A DNA stretch of 63,598 nucleotides, counting the filler, from Reticulomyxa filosa (lineage: Eukaryota; Protista; Foraminifera), in assembly GCA_000512085.1 (NCBI GenBank). It is 14 parts of 14 records of this genome, joined end to end, with 100 filler letters (N's around TTAATTAATTAA, not from the genome) between each part and the next. Parts side by side here need not be neighbours in the genome. Positions count along the whole stretch, not along the records: positions 61,657 to 63,598 come from ASPP01006444.1; 13 more parts are not named here. The stretch is one strand, 5' to 3'. Made by a program: the position numbers and the translations under genes. Positions 63,536 to 63,598 of the stretch are shown piece after piece; positions within the stretch are counted from its first letter, which is position 1, and each line of letters begins with the position of its first letter. A model generated the notes under the pieces. It was not told the origin of the DNA and did no database searches. It worked only from the letters and a program-made list of their open reading frames with translations.

Positions 63536-63598
63536 GTTATGCATGTGCGATAAACAAAAAGTGTGATACATGCATATGATGTATATACATATACATAT
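62749..63598 (+). CDS. RPUSD1: RluA-family pseudouridine synthase (RPUSD1-like), 3'-truncated
   Basis: VVNKPA, HCHQLDKGTSG (catalytic Asp; HQLD variant), KTY and SGRRHQIRVHLAHCGYPIVGD. Confidence 0.85.

Noticed and set aside
1-63598. rRNA, tRNA, CRISPR arrays, transposases or reverse transcriptases
   Set aside because: None recognisable by eye; tRNAscan-SE, Infernal and repeat searches would be needed to exclude small or degenerate ones.

Overview
Eukaryotic, AT-rich, intron-dense genomic DNA. The window is 14 unrelated contigs joined by 13 artificial 100-bp linkers (44 N + TTAATTAATTAA + 44 N), so adjacency across a linker carries no information. Short introns with homopolymer runs, decayed WD40 and Kelch-type copies, and a recurring leader motif (IIQxWIRxLKIxLGWIxDFDK) suggest a foraminiferan such as Reticulomyxa filosa; this is an inference, not a database hit. 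Hand-splicing of GT-AG introns recovers these recognisable genes: SLC44 choline transporter-like, TRAPPC8, Maf, P5CS-like, DDX3/Ded1 helicase, RluA pseudouridine synthase, and EVH1, EML/HELP and Munc13-like C2 proteins. It also recovers several unusual architectures. (1) A RelA/SpoT-like (alarmone synthetase/toxSAS-like) domain lies between ankyrin repeats, and four C-terminal repeats are each encoded by an exact 120-nt phase-0 exon. (2) An R-S-E-type ADP-ribosyltransferase carries an R-to-C change. (3) Two ubiquitin-like domains are fused to a long-chain acyl-CoA synthetase. (4) A ~632-aa protein has an ATP synthase subunit d-like N-terminus. (5) The glutamate-kinase half of the P5CS looks catalytically dead. 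(6) There are UEV-coiled-coil-PH and Tudor-like-CaaX proteins. (7) Two decayed copies of a possibly RNF213-like locus are present. All family assignments come from motifs read by eye; no searches were run.
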